Source: Prochlorococcus sp. AG-436-C05 (lineage in GTDB: Bacteria; Cyanobacteriota; Cyanobacteriia; PCC-6307; Cyanobiaceae). From it: a stretch of 64,000 nt of DNA. The first letter of the stretch is position 1; the number at the start of each line of letters is the position of its first letter. Positions 53,878-64,000 of this stretch are shown here, piece after piece. A model generated the notes under the pieces. That model had not been told where the DNA came from, did no database searches, and worked only from the letters and a program-made list of their open reading frames with translations. Position numbers and translations under genes: made by a program. The stretch spans positions 44,324 to 108,323 of the forward strand of contig QCPB01000002.1 of the NCBI GenBank assembly GCA_003209795.1, written 5' to 3'.

Positions 53878-54897
53878 ATGAAAAAATTTCTTACCAGCAT
53901 CCCAAATCTCCTCTTATCATTATTCCTTTGCGTTGTCTTAAGTAGTTGTTCATCTAATGGAGTAAGAATGAGTGAAAGTAGTCCTTGGGAAACAATCCAA
54001 TTTGAAGATCAGTCAAATGTTCTAGATATTGATTTTATAGATAGCAAACATGGATTTTTAGTCGGTTCTAATAGACTTATTATGGAATCATATGATGGTG
54101 GTGAATCATGGGAGAAAAGAAGTTTAGATGATATTTTAAGTGAAGAAAATTTTCGTTTACTTGATATAGATTTCAAAGGTACAGAAGGGTGGTTAATAGG
54201 ACAGCCCTCATTAGTAATGCATTCATTGGATGCTGGTAAATCTTGGACAAGACTTTCTCTAGGTAATAAGTTGCCAGGGCAACCATATCTTATAACAACT
54301 GTTAATGATGGTATTGCTGAACTTGCAACTACAGCTGGAGCTATTTATGAGACATCAGATAGTGGTGAATCATGGAAGGCCAAGGTTATTGACGCATCTG
54401 TATCTGGAGGAGTAAGAGATTTAAGAAGAACCTCTAAAGGAGATTATGTCAGCGTAAGTAGCCTTGGTAATTTCTTTTCTACTTTGGACAAAAATAGTGA
54501 TAATTGGGTCGCACATCAAAGAGCAAGCAGTAAAAGAGTCCAGAGCATTGGGTTCAATCCAGAAGGGAATTTATGGATGTTATCTCGTGGAGCTGAAATA
54601 AGATTTAATGAGGATAGCAATGATCTAGAAAGTTGGACGAAGCCAATAATACCAATTTTAAATGGCTATAACTATTTGGACATGGGATGGGATCCAAATG
54701 GTGACATTTGGGCAGGCGGCGGTAATGGAACTCTAATAGTTAGTAGAGATCAAGGTAAAACCTGGAATTTAGATCCAGTAGCCTCTGTATTGCCAACTAA
54801 CTATATAAAAATTATTTTTCTAGATAAAGATGAATTAGATACTAAAAAAGGTTTCATCCTTGGAGAACGTGGATATATTCTTAAATGGAATAGTTGA
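53878..54897 (+). CDS. ycf48: Photosystem II assembly factor Ycf48/HCF136
   Basis: Lipoprotein-like LSSC, repeated S.D.G.SW (BNR) motifs, VSSLGNF; synteny. Confidence 0.95.
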   Translation: MKKFLTSIPNLLLSLFLCVVLSSCSSNGVRMSESSPWETIQFEDQSNVLDIDFIDSKHGFLVGSNRLIMESYDGGESWEKRSLDDILSEENFRLLDIDFKGTEGWLIGQPSLVMHSLDAGKSWTRLSLGNKLPGQPYLITTVNDGIAELATTAGAIYETSDSGESWKAKVIDASVSGGVRDLRRTSKGDYVSVSSLGNFFSTLDKNSDNWVAHQRASSKRVQSIGFNPEGNLWMLSRGAEIRFNEDSNDLESWTKPIIPILNGYNYLDMGWDPNGDIWAGGGNGTLIVSRDQGKTWNLDPVASVLPTNYIKIIFLDKDELDTKKGFILGERGYILKWNS

Positions 54898-55035
54898 AAC
54901 TGAAATAAATATGCTTAAAAAATAAAAAAAACCTTAATTTTGCCCTAATTTAGCAACTGTCTGTAACCAAGCTGTTAATTTCTTCGCAAACATAGGATTT
55001 TACCTTGTAAGATCATAGGGTAAATAATTGTGATT

Positions 55036-55284
55036 ATGGCCGCAGGTTCAACGGGTGAACGCCCATTCTTTGAAATAATTACCAGTGTTAGATACTGGAT
55101 TATTCATGCAGTAACACTTCCAGCTATTTTTATAGCAGGCTTCTTATTTGTATATACAGGCCTTGCTTATGATGCTTTTGGAACTCCCCGTCCGGATAGT
55201 TATTTCCAAGCATCTGAATCAAAAGCGCCTGTCGTAACGCAAAGATATGAAGCTAAATCTCAATTAGATTTAAGAACAAAATAA
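55036..55284 (+). CDS. psbE: Cytochrome b559 alpha subunit (ATG 55036 preferred)
   Basis: [31 protein letters not shown]. Confidence 0.97.
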   Translation: MAAGSTGERPFFEIITSVRYWIIHAVTLPAIFIAGFLFVYTGLAYDAFGTPRPDSYFQASESKAPVVTQRYEAKSQLDLRTK

Positions 55285-55286
55285 AC

Positions 55287-55433
55287 ATGACTAATTCACA
55301 AGCTCCAATGCAGGCTGCTGAAGTCCGCGTTTATCCCATTTTTACTGTTCGTTGGCTTGCAGTTCATGCACTTGCTATACCATCAGTATTTTTCTTAGGT
55401 GCTATTGCAGCTATGCAATTTATTAGACGTTAA
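55287..55433 (+). CDS. psbF: Cytochrome b559 beta subunit (missing from the ORF track)
   Basis: [48 protein letters not shown]. Confidence 0.96.
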   Translation: MTNSQAPMQAAEVRVYPIFTVRWLAVHALAIPSVFFLGAIAAMQFIRR

Positions 55434-55444
55434 CTTTATTAATC

Positions 55445-55564
55445 ATGCAAGTAAACGAAAATCCGAATAAAGTTCCAGTAGAACTTAATCGTACAAGCCT
55501 TTATTTAGGCTTATTATCAGTATTTGTTATGGGAATTTTATTTTCCAGTTACTTTTTCAACTAA
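55445..55564 (+). CDS. psbL: Photosystem II protein PsbL (missing from the ORF track)
   Basis: [39 protein letters not shown]. Confidence 0.96.
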   Translation: MQVNENPNKVPVELNRTSLYLGLLSVFVMGILFSSYFFN

Positions 55565-55573
55565 ATTAAAATC

Positions 55574-55768
55574 ATGAGTAAATTAAAAGGACCTGACGGT
55601 AGAATCCCTGACAGGCTACCTGATGGTAGACCTGCCGTAGCCTGGCAAAGAAGATGGACAGAAGGAACTCTTCCACTATGGCTTGTAGCTACAGCAGGTG
55701 GCATGGCAGTTATTTTCGTATTAGGAATATTTTTCTACGGATCTTATACTGGGGTTGGTTCAGCTTAA
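55574..55768 (+). CDS. psbJ: Photosystem II protein PsbJ
   Basis: [25 protein letters not shown] with the picocyanobacterial N-terminal extension. Confidence 0.95.
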   Translation: MSKLKGPDGRIPDRLPDGRPAVAWQRRWTEGTLPLWLVATAGGMAVIFVLGIFFYGSYTGVGSA

Positions 55769-55802
55769 TTAATTTTTAGCTTTTAATTTAATTAAATATA
55801 AT

Positions 55803-56702
55803 TTAATTCCAATACGAATCTGTAAATATCCTTAGCTTCTCTTTTGTGGAGCTAGGGATATTTTCTTTTTGAGTTATTAATCCATCCTTTAATGAATAAT
55901 GGGACTTACTTTCTGGTCTTTCTTTTTCGATAACTTTAGCTAACTCAAAGATTATTTTATTGGCGACCTCTGTATTTGCTCTAAGATTATCCAAAATCAT
56001 TTCTACAGATACTTCCTGTTGAGTTTGATGCCAGCAATCATAATCAGTAACCATAGATAATGAGGAGTAAGCTATCTCAGCCTCCTTCGCTAATCTTGCT
56101 TCTGTGTGATTTGTCATTCCTATTATTGAACACCCCCAATTTCTATATAAATTAGATTCTGCTCTAGTTGAGAATGCTGGTCCCTCCATGGCCAGATATG
56201 TGCCTCTTCTATGCAGTTGTCTGCCGCCAGGAATATTAATTTCTCCGACTTCGCTCAATATTCGGGATAAATTTGTACAGAAAGGATCGCCCATAGTGAC
56301 ATGCGCTACAGCTCCTTCATTAAAAAATGTTGCGGGTCTGCTGTGTGTCCTATCTATAAATTGATCAGGTACCACTACATCAAGAGGTCTTATTTGTTCT
56401 TGAAGAGAGCCAACTGCTGATGGGGCAATAATCCATCTTACGCCTATTGACCTTAGAGCCCAAATATTAGCTTTATAAGGAATTTCTGTAGGATTTAATC
56501 TATGAGTCCTCCCATGTCTAGGAATGAATGCTATTTCTAAATTTCCAAGTTTAAAGACCTTTATTGGATCAGAAGGTTTACCATAAGGAGTATTGATATC
56601 AATTTCTCTTAAATATTCTATTTTATCTAGCGAGTAGAACCCACTCCCGCCAATTACTCCTAATTTTGAATTTTTAATTGGTAATAAATGCTCTTTATTC
56701 AT
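55803..56702 (-). CDS. mtnP: S-methyl-5'-thioadenosine phosphorylase
   Basis: GVIGGSG, PRHG, ANIWAL, EGPAFSTRAES, VTDYDCW. Confidence 0.93.
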   Translation of the reverse strand: MNKEHLLPIKNSKLGVIGGSGFYSLDKIEYLREIDINTPYGKPSDPIKVFKLGNLEIAFIPRHGRTHRLNPTEIPYKANIWALRSIGVRWIIAPSAVGSLQEQIRPLDVVVPDQFIDRTHSRPATFFNEGAVAHVTMGDPFCTNLSRILSEVGEINIPGGRQLHRRGTYLAMEGPAFSTRAESNLYRNWGCSIIGMTNHTEARLAKEAEIAYSSLSMVTDYDCWHQTQQEVSVEMILDNLRANTEVANKIIFELAKVIEKERPESKSHYSLKDGLITQKENIPSSTKEKLRIFTDSYWN

Positions 56703-56712
56703 TTTGATGTAA

Positions 56713-58884
56713 ATGACTTGTAATCATCTAGTACTAATTGGAGGAGGACACACCAATGTTCTTTTAATGAGGCAATGGTTGATGAATCCTAAATTAATGC
56801 CAGAAATTCCTGTTTCAATTATATCTAGAGATTGTCATTTGGTTTATTCGGCAATGTTTCCATCGGTGATTGCAAAATCAATTTCTTTAGAGGAAAGTTT
56901 AATCGATATCCAATGTTTAGCTAAAGCTGCAAAAATATCCTTTTTGAAGGAAGAAGTAAGGGATATTGATTTCACTTTAAGGAAAATTGTCTTAAATAAT
57001 AGGCCATCAGTTAAGTTTTCCAACTTAGTACTTAATTATGGAAGTCAAACAAAAATTACAAAAGAATTTGAGAATCTTGTCAGGTCTCAAATTGCTTTTC
57101 CGATAAAACCTTTTCTCAAAGCTTATGAATTAATCAAAAAAGAGGATATCTATGATTCAGATAAGGAACCTCCCTTTATAATTGTTGGAAGTGGCCTCGC
57201 TGCAATTGAAGTTTCTTATGCTTTAAGAAAAAGATGGCGAGATAGAAATTTAAAACTTTTGTGTAATGCAAATAAAATAAATTATAAGATTTTAAAAAGT
57301 TTACGAAATGCAAATATTGAATTAATAGATAATTTAGATTTTTATTATGGCAAGATTCTTTTATGTACAGGTAATACATCGCCAGCATGGGTAAAAAGGA
57401 AATTCTTAGAATTGGATTCAAACGGGCGAATTATTACAAATAATAATTTGAAGTTAAGAAATACCTCGGGAATATTTGCCATAGGTGATTGCGCGGTTAT
57501 CGATTCTAATAAAAGACCTCCTTCAGGAATATTTGCAGTAAAAGTTTTAAATACATTAGTTAAAAATCTAAAAAAAGATATAGATGGAGAACCATTAAAA
57601 AAATGGTCTCCTCAAAGGTTTGGATTGCAAATAGTTAATATATTTCCAGGAAAGAATCCAATGGCTTTTGGTATTTATCGCAATTTTGTTTTTGGCCCTT
57701 CTTTTTTAATTTGGTGTTTGAAAAATAAGTTGGATAGAAATTTCATAAAAAAGCTACGCCCAATAAAGAAAATAATGAACAATAAAGTCCAAGATAATTC
57801 AATGAATGATTGTAGAGGATGTGCTGCAAAAATTCCTCAGAGTGTTTTAAACAATTCACTAATAAATGCTGATTTAGTTAGTTTGGCTAATTCTCCCGAA
57901 GATTCCGTTGAAATTTACAAAAATAGTAAAGATATTATTTTACAAAGTATCGATGGATTTCCTGCATTAATAAGTGATCCTTGGCTTAACGCAAAAATTA
58001 CGACATTGCATGCCTGCTCTGATTTATGGGCCTGTGGTGCAAAACTTTCATCTGCGCAAGCTTTAATATCATTGCCTAAAGTAGAAAAAAATTGTCAAAA
58101 TTACCTTTTTTCTCAAGCTCTAAAAGGAATTAAGTCAACAGTTGAAGATCAAGGTGGCAAATTAATTGGAGGTCATACTTTTGAGTCACGAAGTTTAGTT
58201 AATAAACCCTATTCATTAGGAATGGAAATTTCATTAAGTGTGCAAGGGATTTTGAATAATGGATCAAAACCATGGCCGAAATCTGGTATGCAGATTGGAG
58301 ATATTTTATTAATGTCAAGGCCTCTAGGAGTTGGAATTTATTTTGCTGCTCAAATGCAAAATGAATATTTAGGAGGGAGCTCTGATGCAATTATGAAAAA
58401 TTTAGTAACAAGTCAGCAATATTTGATTGATCAAATTTATATATTTCAAGAAAAGTTTGGAGAATCACTTGTCAATGCATCCACTGATATTACGGGTTAT
58501 GGATTTATGGGACATCTTAAAGAAATGGTTGAATCATCTAATTTATTTAGAAAAAAGAATCAACTTGCCGACATAAAAGTATTATTAGATTCATCTTCTT
58601 TTAAGGCTTATCCGGGTGTATTGGACTTAGTACGAAAGAATATCCAAAGTACTCTTTCTCAATCTAATAAAGAAATTATTGAGCCAATTTTTAAAGAACA
58701 TTGGAGTGATAGGATTATTTCCTTCACCAAAGAAAATTTAATAGATAATGAGACTTTAAGCGAGATAATGTCTTTACTGTTAGATCCTCAAACATGTGGT
58801 CCGCTATTAATAAGTTGCGATCCTAAATATGAAAGTGTCCTAAAAGACAATTGGTATAAGGTTGGAGAGGTTATGAAGAGGTAA
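56713..58884 (+). CDS. selD: FAD-dependent oxidoreductase / selenophosphate synthetase (SelD) fusion
   Basis: N-terminal IGGGH, GSGLAAIE, FAIGDC; C-terminal CRGCAAK, SDLWACG, GGHT, DITGYG, DPQT. Confidence 0.82.
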   Translation: MTCNHLVLIGGGHTNVLLMRQWLMNPKLMPEIPVSIISRDCHLVYSAMFPSVIAKSISLEESLIDIQCLAKAAKISFLKEEVRDIDFTLRKIVLNNRPSVKFSNLVLNYGSQTKITKEFENLVRSQIAFPIKPFLKAYELIKKEDIYDSDKEPPFIIVGSGLAAIEVSYALRKRWRDRNLKLLCNANKINYKILKSLRNANIELIDNLDFYYGKILLCTGNTSPAWVKRKFLELDSNGRIITNNNLKLRNTSGIFAIGDCAVIDSNKRPPSGIFAVKVLNTLVKNLKKDIDGEPLKKWSPQRFGLQIVNIFPGKNPMAFGIYRNFVFGPSFLIWCLKNKLDRNFIKKLRPIKKIMNNKVQDNSMNDCRGCAAKIPQSVLNNSLINADLVSLANSPEDSVEIYKNSKDIILQSIDGFPALISDPWLNAKITTLHACSDLWACGAKLSSAQALISLPKVEKNCQNYLFSQALKGIKSTVEDQGGKLIGGHTFESRSLVNKPYSLGMEISLSVQGILNNGSKPWPKSGMQIGDILLMSRPLGVGIYFAAQMQNEYLGGSSDAIMKNLVTSQQYLIDQIYIFQEKFGESLVNASTDITGYGFMGHLKEMVESSNLFRKKNQLADIKVLLDSSSFKAYPGVLDLVRKNIQSTLSQSNKEIIEPIFKEHWSDRIISFTKENLIDNETLSEIMSLLLDPQTCGPLLISCDPKYESVLKDNWYKVGEVMKR

Positions 58885-60132
58885 CTAAATTCTGCTTATT
58901 TTATCAATTTCCAAATATCGCAACCTTTTGATCTCCTTACCCATTTCTTTTCCTGGTTTCCATCCTTCTTTTTTTAGGAGTTCGCCATCTTTTTTAGATT
59001 TTATGAATTTGTAAATGAATAGCCATTTGAAAAATGGGCGCCAAAATAACCCTCCATCACAAATTATTAATTTTACTGTCTCTTCATCGAGATTTCTATC
59101 TTCAATCAATTCTGTCCACCTTGAAGGAGAGAAATATAAGTATTTATCTTTTTTACTTTCTAATATTTTTTTCATATCTAAATAATCTTCCATTATTTTT
59201 TTTTCCTTGTTATTTATAAAAAATCTTTGACAGACTTTATCTAAATCTTCTGCATTCTTTAACAAGAAAAGAATATAATTTCCATTCAATTTCTTCATCC
59301 AATTCAAACCCCTTATAAATTTATTATTAACTTGAATATTTTTATTTAAAATAGAAATAATTTCCCATTTTTCTAATAAAGTAATAACCTCCTTAAGGTT
59401 GTCATATTTATATATTTCTGACAATTCCATCCTTATTCTTATGCTAATGGCAGGTGGAAAAATTATTTTATCTTGGTTGTTAGAAGTCTTCCATGGCCAG
59501 TTGGAGACTGTTGCTTGAGATTGTTTAAGAGATTCCCTTGAAATATTGAAACCTAACCTAGTAGCATATTTTGCACATCTGATTATTCTACTAGGATCAT
59601 CTGCGATACTATTTTCATGAAGCAAGTGTAATTCTTTGCCCTTAATATCAGGAATACCCTGATAAAGGTCGTAAACTTTTTTTGTTGAAACCTCGAAGGC
59701 TATTGCATTTATAGTGAAATCTCTCCTTTGTAGATCCTCTTCAATTGTGGCGTTAATTACTTGAGGATTTAATCCTGGAGCACTATAAATTTCTTTTCTT
59801 GCTGAGGCAATATCAATTTTTAAGTCATTAATATTTAGTTCTACAGTATTGTATAAATTAAATTCTTTGATGAGACATATTTCAACATTTGATATATTTT
59901 GTTTTATGAATTTTGCTAAAGAAACAGAAGAACCTTCAATAACTATGTCTATATCTAATGGCTTAGTGAAAACTTGTTTATGAACTTTAGTAATCAATAA
60001 ATCTCTTATATAACCCCCAACAAAAGCGACTTTAGTATCATTATTAGATTCAATATATTTAGAAATTAGATCATATATATTAAATGGAATTTGTCTTAAT
60101 TCCCTGTAGAGATAATCAGAAATATCATTCAT
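58885..60132 (-). CDS. cca: Class II tRNA nucleotidyltransferase
   Basis: VGGYIRDLL..DIDIV, DLQRRDFTINA, DDPSRIIR. Confidence 0.85.
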   Translation of the reverse strand: MNDISDYLYRELRQIPFNIYDLISKYIESNNDTKVAFVGGYIRDLLITKVHKQVFTKPLDIDIVIEGSSVSLAKFIKQNISNVEICLIKEFNLYNTVELNINDLKIDIASARKEIYSAPGLNPQVINATIEEDLQRRDFTINAIAFEVSTKKVYDLYQGIPDIKGKELHLLHENSIADDPSRIIRCAKYATRLGFNISRESLKQSQATVSNWPWKTSNNQDKIIFPPAISIRIRMELSEIYKYDNLKEVITLLEKWEIISILNKNIQVNNKFIRGLNWMKKLNGNYILFLLKNAEDLDKVCQRFFINNKEKKIMEDYLDMKKILESKKDKYLYFSPSRWTELIEDRNLDEETVKLIICDGGLFWRPFFKWLFIYKFIKSKKDGELLKKEGWKPGKEMGKEIKRLRYLEIDKISRI

Positions 60133-60136
60133 ACTC

Positions 60137-62545
60137 TTAATTAATGGAACGAATTGGAGCTAACCTGGGGTCTAGTATTTTGCTTCCTTTGTCACCAAAT
60201 TTTACTGCTAATGATATTTTTTCCCCGCTACCAAAAATATGTATAATTTCACCTTTTCCGAATTTTGAGTGAATTAGCTTATCTCCCACTATCCAGCTTT
60301 TACCTTTACTGGGACCAGAATATAGCTTCCTTACTGCATTTATTGGTTTATTAATAAATTCATTTGAATTGTTTCGATCTACTCTTGTTAAACGATCTAA
60401 ATGCCAATCTCTTCTAATTGAGGCACCTCCAGTTTGCGGCAATTCGCCGTCGATTAGATCCTCTGGGATCTCTGAGAGAAATATTGAAGGTATTGTTGCC
60501 TCTCTCATTCCTCCCCATAATCTTCTTTCTCTTGCATGACTTAGGAAAACTCTTTCTTTTGCTCTAGTTATACCGACGTAGCATAATCTTCTTTCTTCTT
60601 CAAGAAGTGAGGGAGTATCGACTGATCTATGGCTTGGGAAAAGGCCTTGTTCCAGTCCCGTTATAAAGACATTCTGAAATTCTAAACCTTTACTATTATG
60701 AAGAGTCATTAGGGTGACAGAGTTGGGATTATTTTTCTTAGTATCATTATCTGTTGTTAAAGCTGCTGTAGAAAGAAAGCCCTCTGCATCGCCATTTTCT
60801 GTTTCTTCTTCATATTGAGTCGCTGCATTTATTAATTCCTGCAAATTGTTCCTTCTGTCTTCAGACTCTTCTGTTCCACTATTTAATAAATCACTTAAAT
60901 AACCACTTTTTTCTAGGATTAATTGTAAAAGTTTTGCAGGCCCTGAGTTCTCTAGGTAGCAAAGTAGATCATTCATAAGATCAGTAAATTTACTAATGCC
61001 TTTTGATGATCTACCTATTGTTTCTTCAATACTTTGCTTATCATTTATAACCTCCCATAATGGAATATTTAACTTATTAGATAAATCAACTAGCTTTTGA
61101 ATAGTTGTCTTACCTATCCCTCTCCTAGGAACATTTATTATTCGTAAAAGACTTACATTATCTGCAGAATTAACCAAAACTTTTAAATATGCTATGGCAT
61201 CTTTAATTTCTCTTCTGTCATAAAAACGTAACCCTCCAAAAATTGTATAAGGTATTTGCCACCTTACGAGAGATTCCTCTAATACCCTTGATTGAGCTCT
61301 CGTTCGATATAAGACCGCAAAATTTTTCCATATTGGTTTTTGATTAGACTTATTCAGTGACTTTAATTTACTTGTTATAGCTTCTGCCTCAGAAATTTCA
61401 TCATCACAGCTAAGTAACTTTAAAAGTTCTCCTTTCTCTTTCGTAGCTCGTAGAACTTTGTCAATTCTTTCAGTATTGTTTTCAATTAAAGAGTTTGCTG
61501 CATTGAGGATATTAGAAGATGATCTATAATTTTCTTCTAATTTAATTAGAGATGCTTTTCCCTCGTTATTGCATCCATTTTTAAAGTCTTCTTGAAAACC
61601 AATTAATATTCTGAAGTCAGCTGCTCTGAAGCTATAAATACTTTGATCAGCATCTCCTACTACAAAAATTGATCTATCTTCCCAATTCTGGAATTTTTGG
61701 GGTTCCGTATTCCCAGCGGTAATTAGTTTTATCAGTTCATATTGGGTTCTATTAGTATCTTGATATTCATCAACTAGGATGTGCTGAAATCTTTTGTGCC
61801 AATAGTCCCTTACAAAATCATTTTGCCGTAATAAGAAAACAGGTAATAGCAGAAGATCATCAAAATCTAAAGCATTATTTTTTGAGAGTGAGATCCTATA
61901 TCTTTTGTAAGCCTCTGCAACTATTTTTTCAAAATGATCACCTGCTTTTTCTTCAAGTTCATTAGAAGTAAAACATTGATTTTTAGCATTACTAATTGCC
62001 CTTTTAATTTTTTTGGGATCAAATCTTTTTGGATCAAGATTCATATCCTGACTCACAATTTCTTTTACTAAGGTTTGAGAATCTGTTTCATCGTAAATAG
62101 AAAATTGTCTTGTCCATTTTAATCCCTCAGGATCATTATATTTTTCAATGTCGTATCTTAAAAGCCTTGAAAATAATGAATGAAAAGTTCCTATCCAAAG
62201 GTCTTTAAGCCTATCTTGATAAACGTTAGTTCTTAATTGATTTTGATCAATCTCTTTTAGAGTTGACCAGGGTTGACCAAATTGATTAAGAGCCAATTCT
62301 TGTGCAAGAAGAACTTCTAGTCTTGCTTTCATTTCTTTAGCTGCTTTGTTGGTAAAAGTAACTGCCAAAATGTTATAGGGATCTATAGCGTTATTCTCAA
62401 TAAGATTCGCAATTCTATGAGTAAGAGCTTTAGTTTTCCCGCTACCTGCACCTGCGACTACTAAAAGAGGCCCAAAAACATGTTTTACTGCCTGAAGTTG
62501 TTCATTGTTTAAAGATTTAAAAAGAAAATTTTTAGTTTGATGCAC
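60137..62545 (-). CDS. uvrD: UvrD/PcrA DNA helicase
   Basis: AGAGSGKT, TFTNKAA, VDEYQD, GDADQSIY, NYRS, TLHNSKGLEF, EERRLCYVGITRA. Confidence 0.95.
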   Translation of the reverse strand: MHQTKNFLFKSLNNEQLQAVKHVFGPLLVVAGAGSGKTKALTHRIANLIENNAIDPYNILAVTFTNKAAKEMKARLEVLLAQELALNQFGQPWSTLKEIDQNQLRTNVYQDRLKDLWIGTFHSLFSRLLRYDIEKYNDPEGLKWTRQFSIYDETDSQTLVKEIVSQDMNLDPKRFDPKKIKRAISNAKNQCFTSNELEEKAGDHFEKIVAEAYKRYRISLSKNNALDFDDLLLLPVFLLRQNDFVRDYWHKRFQHILVDEYQDTNRTQYELIKLITAGNTEPQKFQNWEDRSIFVVGDADQSIYSFRAADFRILIGFQEDFKNGCNNEGKASLIKLEENYRSSSNILNAANSLIENNTERIDKVLRATKEKGELLKLLSCDDEISEAEAITSKLKSLNKSNQKPIWKNFAVLYRTRAQSRVLEESLVRWQIPYTIFGGLRFYDRREIKDAIAYLKVLVNSADNVSLLRIINVPRRGIGKTTIQKLVDLSNKLNIPLWEVINDKQSIEETIGRSSKGISKFTDLMNDLLCYLENSGPAKLLQLILEKSGYLSDLLNSGTEESEDRRNNLQELINAATQYEEETENGDAEGFLSTAALTTDNDTKKNNPNSVTLMTLHNSKGLEFQNVFITGLEQGLFPSHRSVDTPSLLEEERRLCYVGITRAKERVFLSHARERRLWGGMREATIPSIFLSEIPEDLIDGELPQTGGASIRRDWHLDRLTRVDRNNSNEFINKPINAVRKLYSGPSKGKSWIVGDKLIHSKFGKGEIIHIFGSGEKISLAVKFGDKGSKILDPRLAPIRSIN

Positions 62546-62571
62546 TTTTAGAGGGTCTTATATCAAAAGAA

Positions 62572-62778
62572 TTAGACTTTACTTTGAGATTTAGATTCTG
62601 CTTCTAATTGTTTTAATGCTTTCTTTAAACTAATTAGTTCATTATTATTGTTAATTATTTCTTCAAATTTTTTCTGAGGCATTTTTAATTTCAAGCTTCT
62701 TTCAAAGATTTCTTTTTCTAATCTTTTTTTATAAGACGAAATAAGTTTTTTTGATAATTTTAAATCTTTTTTATCCAC
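62572..62778 (-). CDS. Small Lys-rich hypothetical protein
   Basis: 68 aa helical ORF filling the uvrD-cpeB gap. Confidence 0.55.
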   Translation of the reverse strand: MDKKDLKLSKKLISSYKKRLEKEIFERSLKLKMPQKKFEEIINNNNELISLKKALKQLEAESKSQSKV

Positions 62779-62963
62779 AACTTTAAAGAAATATATTTGT
62801 ATATTAGCGAAAAATTGTTTTATTTTTAAAGTATTTCACATATCACTTTGAAATGAAGTTTTTGATTAAGAAGAGTTTCGTAAATTCTTTAATTTAGCTG
62901 TTTTTTCATGGACTGTACTATAGTTATAAACTATAGTTTTAAAATTTTAATTTAAATTTAGGA

Positions 62964-63491
62964 ATGTCAGTTTCAAAGAATAATCAACTCTTATCAACTG
63001 ATAGAGAATTAGAGGATATAAGCAATAGAAATATTGAAGATATAAAAGAATTTGTAGATACTGCAAATTCAAGATTAGATGCAATAAAATCAATAACAAG
63101 AAATTCTCACGCAATTGCAGCGGATGCTGTAACTGCAATGATTTGCGAGAATCAGGATTCAGTAAATTCAAAAATATCTTTAGATACAACTAATAAGATG
63201 TCTGTTTGTTTAAGAGATGGAGAAATAATTTTAAGGATTGTTTCTTACCTCCTAATTACTGAGGATGAATCTGTTTTAGCAAAAAGCTGTTTAAAGGATC
63301 TCAAAAATACTTATTTAGCTCTTGGTGTCCCTTTGAAGAATGCAATTAGAGTGGTTGAACTAATTAGAGACGCAACGATTTCTGATTTGAAATCTACTGT
63401 AAATTCGATCACTGGAGATAAAGGCTTTCTTCCTGAGTTAATTTCTAATACAGATTCTCAATTTGAAAGGATAATCAATCTTTTAAAATAG
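62964..63491 (+). CDS. cpeB: Degenerate phycoerythrin beta subunit (high-light Prochlorococcus type)
   Basis: [47 protein letters not shown]; no cpeA follows. Confidence 0.9.
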   Translation: MSVSKNNQLLSTDRELEDISNRNIEDIKEFVDTANSRLDAIKSITRNSHAIAADAVTAMICENQDSVNSKISLDTTNKMSVCLRDGEIILRIVSYLLITEDESVLAKSCLKDLKNTYLALGVPLKNAIRVVELIRDATISDLKSTVNSITGDKGFLPELISNTDSQFERIINLLK

Positions 63492-63999
63492 AAATATTTC
63501 TGATCTCTGATGAATGCGATGTTTGTATTACTGCATTATTCTCTTGATTTCTAATTACCGAGTATCTCGATCTTATATGAGTTGATAAAAAACAAATTCT
63601 CTCTTCGGAAACTGTTGAATTATAAATAGTTTTTAGATTTAAGTTTTCATTATCATCAATCAAATATTCTGAAGATGAAATTACGGATTCAGTATACCCC
63701 TTATTACGTAACACAATCCCTGTATTTTTATCTCTTGGTAAAAATAACAAAATAGTTTGATCTTCCTGGGATTTTTGCTCTTCCTCCCAATCGCTAATAG
63801 CTTGCCAGCTTATTGATATGGCAATAACAGAGGGGGTGTGCTTTAACTCATATTTCTTTAAAAGTTCAACTACTTTTGTATTGTTTATTTCTATATCTTT
63901 TATTTTTATTGTACTAGTTGAATTTTCAACTTCCTGAAAAGCTAAAGAATGAGTGCTTCGTATTGATTTCCACTCTCCTAAACTTTTTTTAATAAATTG
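63475..63999 (-). CDS. cpeS: CpeS/CpcS-type phycobiliprotein lyase, 5' part outside the window
   Basis: Frame open to the window edge: [25 protein letters not shown]...[10 protein letters not shown]...LRNKGYTE...EERICF...RSRYS...SEIR. Confidence 0.88.
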   Translation of the reverse strand, partial: QFIKKSLGEWKSIRSTHSLAFQEVENSTSTIKIKDIEINNTKVVELLKKYELKHTPSVIAISISWQAISDWEEEQKSQEDQTILLFLPRDKNTGIVLRNKGYTESVISSSEYLIDDNENLNLKTIYNSTVSEERICFLSTHIRSRYSVIRNQENNAVIQTSHSSEIRNISILKD

Positions 64000-64000
64000 G

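Noticed and set aside
57800-57840. Selenocysteine recoding in SelD
   Set aside because: The active-site residue is TGT (Cys) with no in-frame TGA.
4516-63189. Short antisense or alternate-frame ORFs in the track (e.g. 4516, 14266, 15430, 17263, 19477, 22748, 24047, 24416, 25678, 26894, 30681, 33178, 39106, 45129, 48189, 52086, 57176, 62947)
   Set aside because: All overlap well-supported genes and show no recognisable motifs; expected shadow ORFs.
63475-63750. Apparently truncated 91-aa cpeS
   Set aside because: The frame stays open to the window edge; the real start lies outside the window.

Overview
This is a core-genome segment of a low-GC, high-light-type Prochlorococcus. The assignment rests on gene order from ileS through ntcA, psbH/N/I, leuDC, glyA, amt1, purH, tgt, pyrE, hisB, fabI, phrB, chlD, ndhJKC, psbEFLJ and uvrD to cpeB/cpeS, plus the CPD photolyase and the lone degenerate cpeB. 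It holds about 70 tightly packed housekeeping and photosynthesis genes, two tRNAs (Arg-ACG, Ile2-CAU) and two NtcA boxes. I saw no CRISPR array, integrase, transposase, prophage or genomic island, and no clearly novel multi-gene system. The best leads are: (i) tandem NrdR-like boxes ahead of an operon joining a P-loop-degenerate cobalamin adenosyltransferase paralogue to dcd and thyX; (ii) a long multi-hairpin leader upstream of the DUF3155 gene; (iii) a possible ~12 kb block of different ancestry (pyrE to Nudix) starting at tRNA-Ile2; (iv) an unannotated, multiply disrupted pseudogene behind ileS; (v) an atypical amt1 allele with a Cys-pair loop; and (vi) cobS lacking any ATG/GTG/TTG start. 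Family and clade comparisons come from memory of homologues, not from searches.
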